A DNA stretch of 64,000 nt from Malacoraja senta (Eukaryota), in contig CM075988.1 in the NCBI GenBank assembly GCA_038087875.1, forward strand, positions 12,526,001 to 12,590,000, written 5' to 3'. The notes beneath the pieces are model-generated. The model saw nothing but the letters and a program-made list of their open reading frames with translations, searched no databases and was not told the DNA's origin. How positions within the stretch are numbered: position 1 is the first letter of the stretch; each line of letters starts with the position of its first letter. The translations under genes and the position numbers were made by a program. This document shows positions 23,390-36,448 of the stretch, one piece after another.

Positions 23390-25070
23390 AGAGTAGCTGG
23401 TAGAGCTTCTGCCTCACATCACCAGAGTCCCTGGGTTCGATTCTGACCTCGGATGCTGTCTTTGTGGAGTTTGCACATTCTCTCTGTGATCATATGGCTT
23501 TCTACCAGTTTCCTCCCACATCTGAATGATGTGCAGATGTCCCTTGTGTGTAGGGAGTGGATGCGAGAGTGGGATAACATAGAACTAGTATGAATGAGTG
23601 ATCCATGGTCAGCATAATAATATCTTTTTATTGTCATTGCACGTCAGTGCAACGAGATTTAGTATGCAGCTCCACCGATGTACAAGAAAAGTAAAATAAA
23701 TGAATAAGCATGCTGAGTGACGTGACCATCCGAGGGAGACTGTCCAGGGGGGGTGGGTGGGGGGGCACTCATCAGGGCCGGTTCAGAGCCGCTATAGCTC
23801 TTGGAATAAAGCTGTTTCTGAGTCTGGAGGTTTCGGGCGTAGAAGGCCTTGTAACGTCTGCCGGAGGGAAGTAGTTCAAACAGTCCGTTACAAGGGTGTG
23901 ATGAGTCCTTATGGATGCTGACGGCCTTCCTGAGGCACCGTGTGTGGTAGATGCCCTCCAAGGCTGGTAGCTCTGTCCCAATGATCCTCTGCGGTCTGTG
24001 GACGACGTGCTGAAGAGCTCTCCTCTCCGCCTCCATGCAGCTGAGATACCACACAGAGATGCCATACGTTAATATGCTCTCTATGGTGCAGCGATAGAAC
24101 GTTGTCAGCAGCTGTTGGGGCAGACCAGTCTTTTTTTAATGTCCTCAGGAAGAACAGTCGTTGCTGTGCCTTCTTGACCAGCGCAGCGGTGTTGTTGGAC
24201 CATGTGAGGTCCTCTGAAATGTGAGTGCCCAGAAACTTAAAGCTGGACACTCTCTCCACACTTTCCCCGTAAATGGAGATTGGGGCGTATTCTCCATTAT
24301 GGGACCTCCTGAAGTCAATAATCAGCTCCTTGGTCTTGGAGGTGTTTAGTGACAAATTGTTATGAGCGCACCAGTCCGCCAGGTTTTGCATTTTGTTTCA
24401 TCACCGTTGGTGATCAGCCCAATCACTGTTGTGTCGTCTGCAAACTTCACGATGGTGTTGGTGTCGAATGCAGGTACACAGTCGTGGGTGAAGAGGGAGT
24501 AGAGCATGGGGCTTAGTAAACAGCCCTGTGGTGTGCCGGTGTTCAGGGTGATAGTGGAGGACAGGTTCGGGCCCAGTCTCACTGCCTGCGGTCGCTCCGT
24601 CAGAAAGTTCAGGATCCAATCGCATATCGGCGAGCTGAGGCCCAGCTGGTGGAGTTTGGTGGTGAGCTTGGTGGGGATGACCGTATTGAATGCAGAGCTA
24701 TAGTCAATGAAGAGCATCCTCACATACGTGCCCTGTCTGTCCAGGTGAGTCAGGACAGTGTGAAGAGCCAGAGAGATGGCATCCTCTGTTGATCTATTTG
24801 CCCTGTATGCAAATTGATGGGAGTCCAGTGAGGCAGGGATGCTGGATTTGATATGGGAGAGGACCAGCCTTTCGAAGCACTTCATTGGGATTGGAGTTAG
24901 GGCAACCGGGCGGTAGTCGTTCAGGTTGGTGACTTTGGACTTTTTCGGCACCGGCACTATGGTGGCTGTTTTCAGGCACTTGGGGAGCATAGACTTCAGG
25001 CACATAGCACTTCAGGCACATAGACTCGGTAGGTGAAAGGGCCTGTTTCCATGCGATATCTTTCAATCAA
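23390..25070 (+). mobile_element. HE1-type V-SINE split by a Rex1 LINE
   Basis: SINE body at 23390-23616 (…GGTCAGCATA) resumes at about 25020 (GACTCGGTAGGTGAAAGGGCCTGTTTCC). Confidence 0.8.
23617..24986 (-). mobile_element. Rex1/Babar-type LINE, 5'-truncated, frameshifted RT
   Basis: RT motifs [44 protein letters not shown] and KFADDTT. C-terminal KKAQQRLFFLR and LPSGRRY, and a TGACAATAAA tail. Confidence 0.95.
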
Positions 25071-25502
25071 GTTACAAGTGGAAATATTATAAACATTGCA
25101 CCTGACATAAATATAAAATTTTCAGTGCATTTCATACAACAAGAATAATGTGCAGGGTTTATATTCAATTCACTCAATTCCACAGATTACCTTATGGGTT
25201 TTAAGCAACTCCTGGTTTTCTTGATTAACTGGGCACATACTTGAGTCAACATTTGTTATCAGTTTTGCAGTGCCAGAGAAGCAAATACACTGTCATTACC
25301 ACTCCCAAATCCATCTCATTGTTTAAATTTCCACATTGGTTGTTACTTAATCATTCGTTAAATATAAACATCAAAATATTGCTTTTTGAAAGTAATTTGT
25401 TTGATGAATTTTGTAAAGTTGATGAATATATGTTTGTCGTATGTTCATCAACTTTACAAAATTAATTTCCTTAAAATGGGATTTCAAATCTGAGGGTTTT
25501 TT

Positions 25503-25790
25503 GGGGGCGGCACAGTGGCGTAGCAATAGAGTTGCTCCCGTACAGCGCCAGAGAACTGCACAGAGTTTGTACGTTCTCCCTGTGACCACGTGGGTTCGCT
25601 CCAGGTGCTCCGGTTTCCTCCCACACTCCAAAGACGTACAAGTTTGTCGGTTAATTGGCTTCAGTAAAAAAAAATTGTCAAATTGTTCCTAGTGTGGACA
25701 ACTGTCCCTTGTATTAGAGTACAGGGTGATCGCTGGTCGGCGCCAACTCTGTGGGCCAAAGGGCCCCATTTTCTGCGCCGTATCTCTAAG
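25503..25790 (+). mobile_element. HE1-type V-SINE
   Basis: A box, V-domain and CR1 tail; the B-box region is deleted. Confidence 0.85.
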
Positions 25791-26695
25791 GTCAATTCAA
25801 AAGTAAAATTTACTTATGTAAATATCTTATCTAGGGTGGATATTTGTGAGTGGTGTTAGAAAATGAAGTTTGTAGGTTAATTGGCTTGATAAAAATGTTA
25901 AATTGTCCAAGTTGGCGATATGCAGAGTACTGCCCTGCCGACTACAAAATTCAGAAGGTTCAGAAGGATACACAGCATTTTTATTTAATTTCTAACTTTG
26001 TACATGTAGTGGTCTTTCTTTGGAGTTGCTAGGAGTTTTCAATACACCTTAGGAGGGATACAGATATGTTATGTTCATTAGCATGCCTATGAGTTCTACA
26101 GCTTACCATGGAAGATGTGAATAACTCTCACACAATTCCCTTTGTTCTCAGAATTTATGATAACTACAATAGATTAACTTGATTAGTTTGTTATAAAGTT
26201 ACAACATAACAACCATAAGAATAGAACCATGCAATTCTTTATTTCCACATATCTGAATCGGGATGAACAAGAAATCTAGATGTAAGGAATCTCCCAAAGG
26301 ATCTCATTATTTTCACAGAAATTTTGGATGCTGACTATTTTTTAGCAAGATATTGAACACTTTTAAGTTTCATCAACCTTGCTATGCAATGCAGTGCCGT
26401 CTAACATTGATCCCACTCTGGAAATACGGAATAAATTGTATTGGATAAATATCAAGAGAATTTGCAGCAAGGCATAAAATTCATAACGGCAGGCCCTTTC
26501 CCAGCTCCATCCATGATCAACATTCAATGCACATTTTCTCTTATTTCTATGTATCTAAGATACATAGAACTACCTCATAAAGAATTCTACTATAATGTTG
26601 CCGTATGGTTTCCGAAGAGCATGAACTGAGGGAGTAGTATCCACATTTTCTATTGAGACCTATATGCTTTTATGAAAGAAATAGAATGCTTGGCA

Positions 26696-27003
26696 TTTAG
26701 TTTAGTTTAGAGATGCAGCGCGGAAACAAGCCCTTTGGCCCACCGTGTCCACACCAACCAGCGATCCCTGCACATTAACACTATCCTACACACTCAAGGG
26801 ACAATTTACGCTTATACCAAGCCAATTAACCAACAAACTTGTACCTCTTTGGAGTGTGGGAGGAAACCAAAGATCTCGGCAAACACCCACGCAGTCACGG
26901 GGAGAATGTACAGACTCCGTACAGACAACACCCGTAGTCAGGATCGAACCCGGTTCTCTGGCGCTCTAAGGCAGCAACTCTCCCGCTGCTTCACCGTGTT
27001 GCC
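26696..27003 (-). mobile_element. HE1-type V-SINE
   Basis: Full-length with a (TAAAC)n tail. Confidence 0.9.
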
Positions 27004-27699
27004 ATAGTCTTGTAGAGTGTTCCCAAAATAATTTAAATTAATTGGAATATTATTGGGCTGGCTTCAGGATCAATATGGGAACAGCGACCAGTCGCCCTCC
27101 AATGTTGCCTGGATCTTTGACTTGTGCTTTTCCACTTCACCACTACTGGAGAAATGGGAAGTGGCTGGAGGTCATTCTGGTGCTCGTGCACGGATATCAC
27201 TGACCTCAAGAAAGATCAAGTGATGCTTTTTTCTATTCATGCTTCTTTATTTCACTTTACATTTAAGTTTGGAATTAATATGCAGTTGTTTCATTTATTT
27301 TTTACTCAATTTAATATTTTTATCTTGAATTATTTTGAAATAAATAATTATGGTAAAAAAAAATATTTGAAAGCAGGGAAGACGCTTTTGGCCACTGTGA
27401 GCTGTCAAAGGAAGATAAAGTTGTTAAAGACCTTCAACCACTTTACGCTTGTGTCCCACCATGTCTCTGGCTGGTTAGCACGCAACAAAAGCTTTTCACT
27501 GTACCTCGATACACGTGACAATGAACTAAACTAGAGTGGAAGCCTCCAGTACCATAGCTTTCCTTGGGTGTCACTGAAGGGTTGGAACAGTGGCAGAGTG
27601 AGGGAGATGCATCAGATTGAGCGGAGTCTGCTTTAGTTGTCATTTCAAGGGAAAGTCCAGCCTATCTACCATTCTGCACACTTGCAGACTGTCCAACAG

Positions 27700-28080
27700 T
27701 ACCACACAGGAACAGGCCCTTCAGCCCACAATGTCTGTGCCGAACATGATGTCAAGACTAATTCGTATCTGCCTGCACATAATCCATATCGCTCCATTCC
27801 CAACATATCCATGTACCTATCCAAAAGTCTCCTTTATGCCACTATCGTATCTGCCTCCAGCACCAACCCCAGCACTGTGTCCTAGGCACTCACCACCCTC
27901 TGTGTAAAAATAAAACTTGCCCTGCACACCTCTTTAAATGGTGCCCCTCTCACCTTAAAGCTATGCTCTCTAGTGTTTGGTTGTTCCATCCTGGGGGAAA
28001 AGGTTCTGACTGTCTACCCTATCTATGCCACTCATAATGTTATATACTACTTCTATCAGGTCTCACTGTAATCTCCAGTT
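27700..28080 (-). mobile_element. CR1 LINE 3' fragment
   Basis: GGAACAGGCCCTTCAGCCCACAATGTCTGTGCCGAACATGATG tail and CR1 body. Confidence 0.75.
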
Positions 28081-28160
28081 TTCCTGGGGAAAACCTCTTG
28101 CCTTGGATGCAATTCCATCACCAAATAGAACAATGCTTCCCTTGCAAACAATGTGCTTAC

Positions 28161-28258
28161 CATGGTGAACAAGAAGCAAAAGCCAGATTTATCAATACAA
28201 TCTGCTTTCCATAGTGAACAAGAACCGAAAGCCACATTTATCAATACAATCTGCTTTC
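28161..28258. repeat. 49-bp tandem duplication (2 copies)
   Basis: CAT(G/A)GTGAACAAGAA...ATTTATCAATACAATCTGCTTTC occurs twice. Confidence 0.9.
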
Positions 28259-30264
28259 CGTACGAGAGTTCTTGAGTGTGCACTCCAGCGATGTAATGAA
28301 TTTGCATACGTGTTTAACAAAAATACTCCAATAGTTTCTGCTGTAATTAAAATCACAATGTTGAGTCTAATCAAAAGCTTGCATTGTAAAGCTGGATGTG
28401 TGAGGCTGGTGGTTTTATCTTTCCCAGCCACACAAAGTCACTGAGGCTGATTTTTTCGGCGAGGAATGGTGACATTTAACTTCACAGCAACCTTGGCAAA
28501 TTGAGGAATAGAGAAAGGCTTAGAGTTTGGCAGAAACCCGTCAGTCCCTGCGACTTGCTGACACCTGATTGCAGCTGATAAAACAGAATAAAACTGCAGC
28601 CATTGCAAGCCCTCTCGAGTCCTCCAACTTCTTTGTGTTGTGTGAGACGCTCGGAAATGCTTTGCTTTAATTATGTTCTGTCGCACTTTGCAACTGCCTC
28701 AGATAAGAGGAATCAAAATTAAATACCACACACAAGGAATATTATTATCCTTGCTTCTGGCACGCAGTGATTTTGAGATTTAGTGGAAATGTTTTCTGGA
28801 GGGAGCTAACTTGTTTGAAATGGAGCAATGTCAAAGTCTCCGACGGATTGGATTAAAATGTTTGTGGTGCAAAACCGGAAACTGTGGTTGAAGTATAATC
28901 AAAATTCTGCAGCAATCTTTCCAATGTACTATCTTTCAAGAAGGCTTGTTTGATATCACAAAGCTCAGGCAAATAAACCTGGCCAACAGTAGATTGTGTG
29001 CAGTCATGAGACAATCAGAATTAATGGAATTTGCCTGAATTAAAATTTTCCTTAGATTAATGCATTTTACTAAATTTAATTTGGTTCCAATCTCACCATA
29101 GGATTATCTACTGCCGAATGTATTACACATTCACAGACTCATTTGTGATTGTGCAGGAAAGAACTGCAGATGATGGGTTACTCCAAAGATGGACACAAAA
29201 TGCTGGAGTAACTCAGCGGGGCAGGCAGCAACTCTTCACAGCTCCACACTGGCAGGAACCAGTTGAGGCAAAAACTTTTGTGAATTTGGTTGCTTGCAAA
29301 GCCTGTTCAATGGCGCACAGTGCCATTGAAGCTGTGCTGTTCATGTAAGTTGCACTGGCCTGTAGAAAGAAGGACGCGTATCCTTAATGTCTGCAAGCTC
29401 TGGCCTCTCCCTTAAAGCTGCTGATGACAGACTTTCCTCTTCTTTTGGAAGGAGGAACAGGCACAAAGTGACGGCAGATCACATGCATTCTCTCCAAGTA
29501 GTACAGCATTCTGTCTACAAAATACGTGGCTATTCTTTCATCAACACTGTCTATCCCAATTCCAGCCAATAGTGTTGTGCATGTACACCCCCTGCATCTG
29601 TACCAGGAAGCAACTCACCGCGATCTTCTCAACAGTTAATGAAGCTCTCAGTTTCAACATATTAGTTTATAATTTATGCATGCATGGGCTGTGCACATTT
29701 GCCATTTATTGATTGTGAATAATCACCCACGGACAGGAGCAACTAAATAAGCTCTTTCAGAGTTTAGTTGAGAATCATTGGTGGTTCTGTGGTCACATAG
29801 CTAACTGATTTGGCAAGTGCAGGATTTCCTCTGTTGTGGTATATTATGAAAGTTGATACTTCTACAGATATTAGATTTTTATCTCAAAGTTCCACACATT
29901 GTGCTTAGAGTCAGAATTGCACAGATGTAAAAATAGAACCTGCTTCTATTAAAAAATTGACTTTAAATTGAATATTAAAGATTCTCTCCTGGTCCTATAG
30001 AGCCTGAGAGAACTAAGCCATGCATATATTAATTGTTCTTAGGGCATATTTACATCTCTTCTCAATTTTAATTCCAATTCTGGGAACCCTGAATATGTAA
30101 ATAACTTTCCAACTGTTAAACCTGCTTCCTTTGCCAAATAACACTTAATTTCTTTCCTAACGTATTTGCGGTCCTGTAGGCAATGGAATTCACATTGAAT
30201 AGGCATGACGCAGGTACTGGGATCCAAAAATCTGAATTAGCAAAACAACATTGAAGTAGCCTAA

Positions 30265-30570
30265 GGAGCCTACAGTGGCGCAGAGTTGCTGCCTTACAGA
30301 ACCATAGACTCAGGTTCGATCCTGACTACAGGTGCGGATCTGCACAGAGTTTGTACGCTCTCCCTGTGACCACATAGGTTTTCTCCGGTGGCTCTGGCTT
30401 CCTCCCACATTCCAAAGACGTGCAGGTTTGAAGGTTAATTGGCTTCTGTAAATTGCCCCTGGTGTGTATGATGCAAAATTGGGATAACGTAGAACCAATG
30501 TATGGGTGATCATTGATCAGTGCAAACTGAGGGGCCGGGTTCCATGCTGTATAACTAAACTAAACTAAAC
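30265..30570 (+). mobile_element. HE1-type V-SINE
   Basis: A/B boxes, V-domain and (TAAAC)n tail. Confidence 0.9.
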
Positions 30571-31478
30571 TATCATGTTCCCCTCTTCCATTGTAGATGA
30601 GGCTCTCACTAGGGATTCCTCTATATCTCGCGGCTCTGCTCTTATTCCACCTCCCCCCATTCGTAACAAGGACAGAGTCCCCCTTGTCCTCACCTTCCAC
30701 CCCATCAGCCGTTGCATACAGCATATAATCCTCCAACATTTTTGCCACCTCCAACGGGATCCCACTACTGCCCACATCTTCCAATCTCCACCCCTCTCTG
30801 CTTTCCGCAGAGACCAGTCCCTCCATAACTCCCTGGTCAACTCATCCCTTCCCACCCAAACCACCCCCTCCCCAGGTACCTTCCCCTGCAACCGAAGGAA
30901 ATGCAACACCTGTCCCTTTACCTCCCCCCTCAACTCTATCCAAGGATGCAAACAGTCTTTCCAAGTGAGGCAGAGGTTCACTTGCACCTCCTCTAACCTC
31001 ATCTACTGTATCCGCTGTTCCAGGTGTCAACTTCTTTACATTGGCGAGACCAAGCGCAGGCTCGGCGATGGCTTCGCTGAACACCTCCGCTTAGTCCTTC
31101 TTAACCAAGCTGATCTCCTGGTGGCCCAGCACTTCAACCCCTCCAATTCCCAATATGACCTTTCTGTCCTGGGCCTCCTCCATTGTCAGAGTGAGGCCCA
31201 GCACAAATTGGAGTAACAGAACCTCATATTTCTCTTGGGTAGTTTACACCCCGGAGATATGAACATTGACTTCTCTAACTTCAGATAGCCCTTGTTTTCT
31301 CTTTCCATTCCCTCCCCCTTCTCTGTTCTCCCTCTAGTTTTTCTGTCTCCGCCGACATTCTTTCTCCCGCCCCACCTAACATCAGTCTGAAGAAGGGTCT
31401 CGACCCGAAACGTCGCCCATTCCTTCTCTCAAGAGATGCTGCCTCACCCGTTGTTACTCCAGCATTTTGTGTCTACCT
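30571..31478 (+). mobile_element. Penelope-like retroelement 3' part (GIY-YIG endonuclease, Cys-rich linker as in the Neptune group)
   Basis: ORF 30575-31216: CNRRKCNTC linker, NLIYCIRCSRCQLLYIGETKRRLGDGFAEH and VAQHFN. Confidence 0.92.
31385..31416 (+). ncRNA. Minimal type I hammerhead ribozyme motif
   Basis: CTGAAGA-A-GGGTC TC GACCC-GAAA-CG-TC: both core boxes, helix II, palindromic ACGT helix III and a GUC cleavage triplet (cut after 31414). Such motifs are known from Penelope-like elements. Confidence 0.75.
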
Positions 31479-31492
31479 AAAATAGGAACCTT

Positions 31493-32273
31493 TGTTTCAC
31501 TGAAACTGAATCAAATTATCAAAGACAGATTTAAGGATTTATCTCTTCAAGCACTTGAGCAACTAAACTTTATTTTTGGATAACACAACACAAATTCCAC
31601 TATACGATACCTAACCACTGTGGGTTTGATCCTTGTATATGCTTGGCCAAGCCCCTTAGCCTCGTGCAAACAGAGACACTCCAAAAGGTGAAGCAGTCCC
31701 AAGTGCTCTTCCAGAAGATCGACAAAGGACCTCGTGGGGGCTGCCTTTTATAGGTCCCTGAACCTTGAGGGGCCGAACCACATGGGGGTGGTCTCTTTAC
31801 AATCCAATCAAACATATTAATTATAACAGTACATAATTGACAGTTCCCCAACCCAATAATGCAATCTTGAATAGATTGTATTTGGAAGAAGCTTCAAGAA
31901 GGAAGCCAACACAAATGAATAGTGCAACATGTGCCCTGGGATTCAAACAGTTCCTCCAAGGCTTAACATTTCAACCAATCAACAATTAACAGGGTAACCG
32001 TCTCGCAAAATTATTTATACTATTTACAATGCCCTTGCAGCGATCCAATCAAAGTGATGAATTTAAGGTTTGTTTGCAAAACTGCTATACATTTTATCAA
32101 TTAGGAGAAACAAGGAGAACACCTGGATCTTTCACCATCCTGCACATCAATCTAAACCTAGACTGACTGGCACCATCCAAACCCTGTAAAGTTCAGCTGA
32201 CAAGGGTTAAGCAATTCTGACAAGTGCAGGGATTCTCCATTTTATGGTGTCTTTAATTTGGTCAATATTAACA
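31493..32273 (-). mobile_element. Probable solo LTR (ERV/Gypsy-like, 781 bp)
   Basis: TGTT...AACA termini with flanks CCTT/CCTC. Minus-strand TATAAAA (~31750) lies upstream of AATAAA (~31570). Confidence 0.5.
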
Positions 32274-32959
32274 CCTCAAGCCAGCCTACTGAAATGATTC
32301 TTAAAAAAATCTAAATAGACTCAGGACCACGTATAATAGGAGTGTTCGCTGTTTGCCCTGATGATGTGAATTTGTAGAGCTGGTCCTTGACAACTGCATT
32401 GACCCAGTTTGAATCTTGACCTCGGGTGTTGTCCATGCAGACTTTGCCCATTCTTCGTGGGAGCATTCTTTCATCTAGACAATCCATTTTAGAAGCAAAG
32501 GCATGCAAATTGAGAGGTTTGGCCAGCGACTTTGAGTCCTGAAAAGCGCTATATAAATAAAATGTATTATTATTTATTATTATTGTGATTTGATCTTTTT
32601 GCGTGAAAGGGTGATAACACCTTAGACACACTGTTGGGAACGTGGGAGAATAAAATGGGATTTCGGTAGGACTACATGGGTGCTTGATGGGTGGTGTGTA
32701 AAGAATGTGCCAAAGGGCCTTTCTCTGTGGTGTCTGATTTGTATATTTCTGTAGTCAATCAAAGCTAGAGTAGAGCTCTATGCCCCAAATGCCTATTACA
32801 CCATTCAGTAAGATCATGGTTAATTGTATGTCCCATCCATTTTCCAATGCAGTTTCCTCTAATTCCCTTACTGTCCCAGCATTTATTAATCTCAGCCATG
32901 CATATCCAGTGACTTGGTTCTTAGTTGGTTTCTTGGTCCTCCAAAATATTCCAAATGGA

Positions 32960-33345
32960 ATTTAAACTGGAGGTGGTGGAGGGAGGACTTAAGCCAGAAA
33001 GGGTTTTGGGGAAGAAAGAGCTACCTTAAATTTAGTTGCATCTGGTTGGGTAACTATAGTAGGGTGGAGATTATTCCATGCTTTAATTGTGCGGGGGAAG
33101 AATGAATTGCTGTACATATCTGTCTTGGTAGCTGGAATCACAAATTGGATCGAATGCCCTCGTCTGCTCCTAATTGGTTTGGGTTTGGTGTAGGTCTTGT
33201 AATCTATGTCGAGCTGACCATTTAACATTTTGTAAAAACAGGTCAAACGGTAAGCTTCACATCTGTCTTGGAGAGGGTTCCACCCCAGAGAATTCAGAAG
33301 TTTGGTTACACTCGCTTCTCTCTCATAGGTGTTAGTAACAAATCG
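32960..33345 (-). mobile_element. CR1/L2-group LINE ORF2 C-terminus, distinct from the HER1-like family
   Basis: RFVTNTYEREASVTKLLNSLGWNPLQDR...RLTCFYKM...SFFPRTIKAWNNL. Confidence 0.8.
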
Positions 33346-33354
33346 ACTGAACAT

Positions 33355-34450
33355 TCACAGACCTCTGAGGTACAAATTTTGTCCTCTGAGGTATAAAATT
33401 TAAAAGATTTATATTCTGCTGTGTAAAGAAATGTATCCTCATTTTCGTGCAAAATGGTTGACCTCTAATCCAGAGACTGATCCTTAGCTCCAGACTCCAA
33501 GGGAAACAGCACACTCACCATCTATCCCAACATCTATCCCAACACTTCCTCTTGTAATCTTGGAATCTTCAGTTCAATCACCTCTCATTTTTACAGGCTT
33601 CGATGAACATGGAAAAATCGTACTAAATCTTTCTTCCTATGAACAGTCCCTTATTCCCAAGACAGAATGTACATTGCACTGGTTCGATGCAATGTCACTA
33701 ATATTGACAACTGCAAGAGAAAGTAGATTATGGTAACAATTGATGGGTTGTTTCTTTTTGAAAACTGGTTTAAAATAAAACAATATGTCTCTCGTTTTGT
33801 GCATTGACTGTGATTTTGAGGACAGTGTCTTATTGGTTGTGTTTTAAAGGTTGTCAGTGTAGATTTATAAACCCAGCTTCCAGTTTTTTTTTCTTTCATG
33901 ATTTTGAAATCTGTTCTAGAAAGACATTGTGGTGTAGTTTGTGAAATATAGTTAAAAGCATCAGTCCCCGGCAGCAGCTGTAAACCACTGCACTCCATGA
34001 TTCGCACAGCATTGCGATATGTAATTCATCAGGTTCTCTTGACTGCAGCACGGTGAAGCAATCTACCTTCCTCAATTTCCCCTTGATCGTGCAATCTATA
34101 GGCATTTACAATCCAAGCTTAAGATCACAATACAAGAGGTAAGAGCATGAGTAAACCATTCTACCCTTTGATCCTGCACCACCATTCACATGGCTGAACT
34201 TCCATAAGCTCCATTTTCCAACACTCTCTTCACATCCATTGATTCCTTTAATACCTGAAAATCTATTAATCCCTGCGTTGTATGAACACAATGACTGAGC
34301 TTTCGCAACCATCCATGGTAGAAAATTGCAAAGCATCAATGGCCTCTGGATGAAGACATTTGTCCTCATCTCAGTCAATTTGTCTTTATCTCAGTCCATA
34401 TTCCATTACAATGTGACTGAGCTTCAGTCACCTCTTTTTAATCTTCGTTC
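33355..34450 (-). mobile_element. Two old CR1 3' fragments (33355-33650, 34125-34450)
   Basis: KMRIHFFTQ and EMRTNVFIQRPLMLCNFLP are degenerate CR1 C-terminal motifs. Confidence 0.6.
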
Positions 34451-35263
34451 TTCAAACGTTTGACGTACTTATACCGAAGGATGTACAATTGAGAAAAAAA
34501 AGTACTCAATCCTACCAATTTTTTTTTTTAAGCAATCTGAATCAGAAAGATCTTTCTGGAGTGGAAATCTTCATTCTTACCTAGTCTTACCTTGCCCTAC
34601 CTTAGGTGCTGCCTTGTAGTGTTCTTCTATCCTAATTAATATATTAGCTGCAAAAATCTAGCAGGAACTTGAAGCAGATTTAATAGTGGTAGAAATTCCT
34701 GCCATCTACTTGAAGATCTGTCATTTCTATCAATATTAAAAGACACCTGCTGGCAGATAATTCTGCTCTGGATATATTTTTATATATAGATATAATATAA
34801 ATATATATATAGATTATATACATACATAGATGTGCTCGTGCATGCACAAGCAGAACGCTGTCAACATTTCGATCAATCAAAATACATTTTTTTAAAGATT
34901 TCAAATGTCATTCTTTTATATATGTATAAGGTCAATCCTGATATAAACTAAAAGTGTAAATGAATGATTACATTTCTTTTCTCTTGAGTAATTAAATTAG
35001 TGAAAGCTCCAATGGAACATTAGGGTGAAATTATCTTTCATGCACAAAATATTGGTTGCAGAAATTAAAGATGGTGAGAATAAGTATCTGATATCTGTTG
35101 TCAACTTTATGCCTGATGCCCATGAACTTCATAAGTGGGGGTTGGGGCATTGGATTATATGCATGTTTCCATCTGATGAATTAGATTATGAAATTTATGA
35201 AAGGGCACCAATACAAAGATCGCCTGTATTTCCTAAAGATCTGCAGTATTTTAGTTTGAATTT

Positions 35264-36110
35264 TTGATTTGATTTGATTCAATTTATTGTCATTGTCTTC
35301 AATTAAGAGACAACGAAATGCTATTTCCCATTACAGTCATACAAATTAAAAAACACAGAACACAGTAGTCCACAACATAAAACATCCCCACAGCGCCACC
35401 AAAGTTCCCCACTGAGAGGGAAGGAACCAAAGTCCAGTCAACCTCCTCACTGATGTTCCCCAATGTTCACCCGTGGTTGAGGCCTCCCGAGCCCTCCTCA
35501 TTCGCCGCTACGGGCGGCCCAATGTTCAGGCCCTATCGCCGGGAATGATGGAACCCCGACGTCGAAAGGTAGAACATCCTCAGCTGCCTGGACCTCTGAA
35601 TCGGCCACCTCCCACTGGAGTCCGGGGCTCCCGAAATCCACAGGCCGAGCTGGGCGGAGATTCACGCTGGAGTCCCCTGGCAAAGGGTCCCAGGACTCCG
35701 CGATGTTGAAGTCAGCGCCGCCCGCGCTGGGAGCTCCGCATCCACAGCTCCGCTATGTTGATGCAGCAGGCCCAACACTCCGGAGCTCCAAACGGCGATC
35801 CCAGGTAAGGCCTCGCCCGCTCCGCGATGTATCCAGCACTGCGCCGCCGCTGCTGAAGCTCTGGTCCGGTCCTGGCAGGAAAGGCCGCGCCAATCCAGTT
35901 GGTAGGCCGCGAGGAGGGGGGCGAGGGCGCGACTCGGATAATAGTTGTATCCTCGCCAGGAAGTGACTGAAGGATGGTTTCCCCCTTACCATACCCCCTT
36001 TCCCCCACATAAAATACAAAAAAAAACAAGAAAATACTTTAAACATAACAAAAAATAAAAAAGATAACCAGACTGTAGGCAGAGGCAGCTATCAACAGCG
36101 CCACCGGATG
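35264..36110 (-). mobile_element. GC-rich non-autonomous retroposon, copy C
   Basis: Minus strand starts CATCCGGTGGCGC, its 5' half aligns with copy B, and it ends GACAATGACAATAAA plus (ATCAA)n. Confidence 0.7.
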
Positions 36111-36448
36111 GCCAGTGATGGTGAATTTCAGTAAGAATGTCTTTCCTATCATCTAGGCCTCTTACAGAATAACTCTCTGTGAGATATGTTTGTTCTTTTC
36201 TGTTCCTATTTCCAATTCCTTCTAGTAAGTTGCCACTCATTATGTCTCAGTCATTCAAAATTCCTTGGAGAATATCTGAAAGCTGTATTCATGCAGACAT
36301 CTCAGTCATGAAAAATCCGTCAACACTTGTCGAAAGATTTTGTGCATACTTCACCAACTTTAATGAACTCTAGGAAGTGCCAGACAGTTACACAACTGAA
36401 GCAACAGTCACCATAAAGCAATCAGCAACCGAACTGATGACCTCTTAA

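Noticed and set aside
26100..26640. Possible decayed coding or viral relic
   Set aside because: Stops in all frames and no motif I can identify; a translated search would be needed.
35473..36046. Overlapping GC-rich ORFs suggesting a CpG-island gene start
   Set aside because: They lie inside a repeat with related copies at 15468 and 3437, and the frames are not kept between copies.
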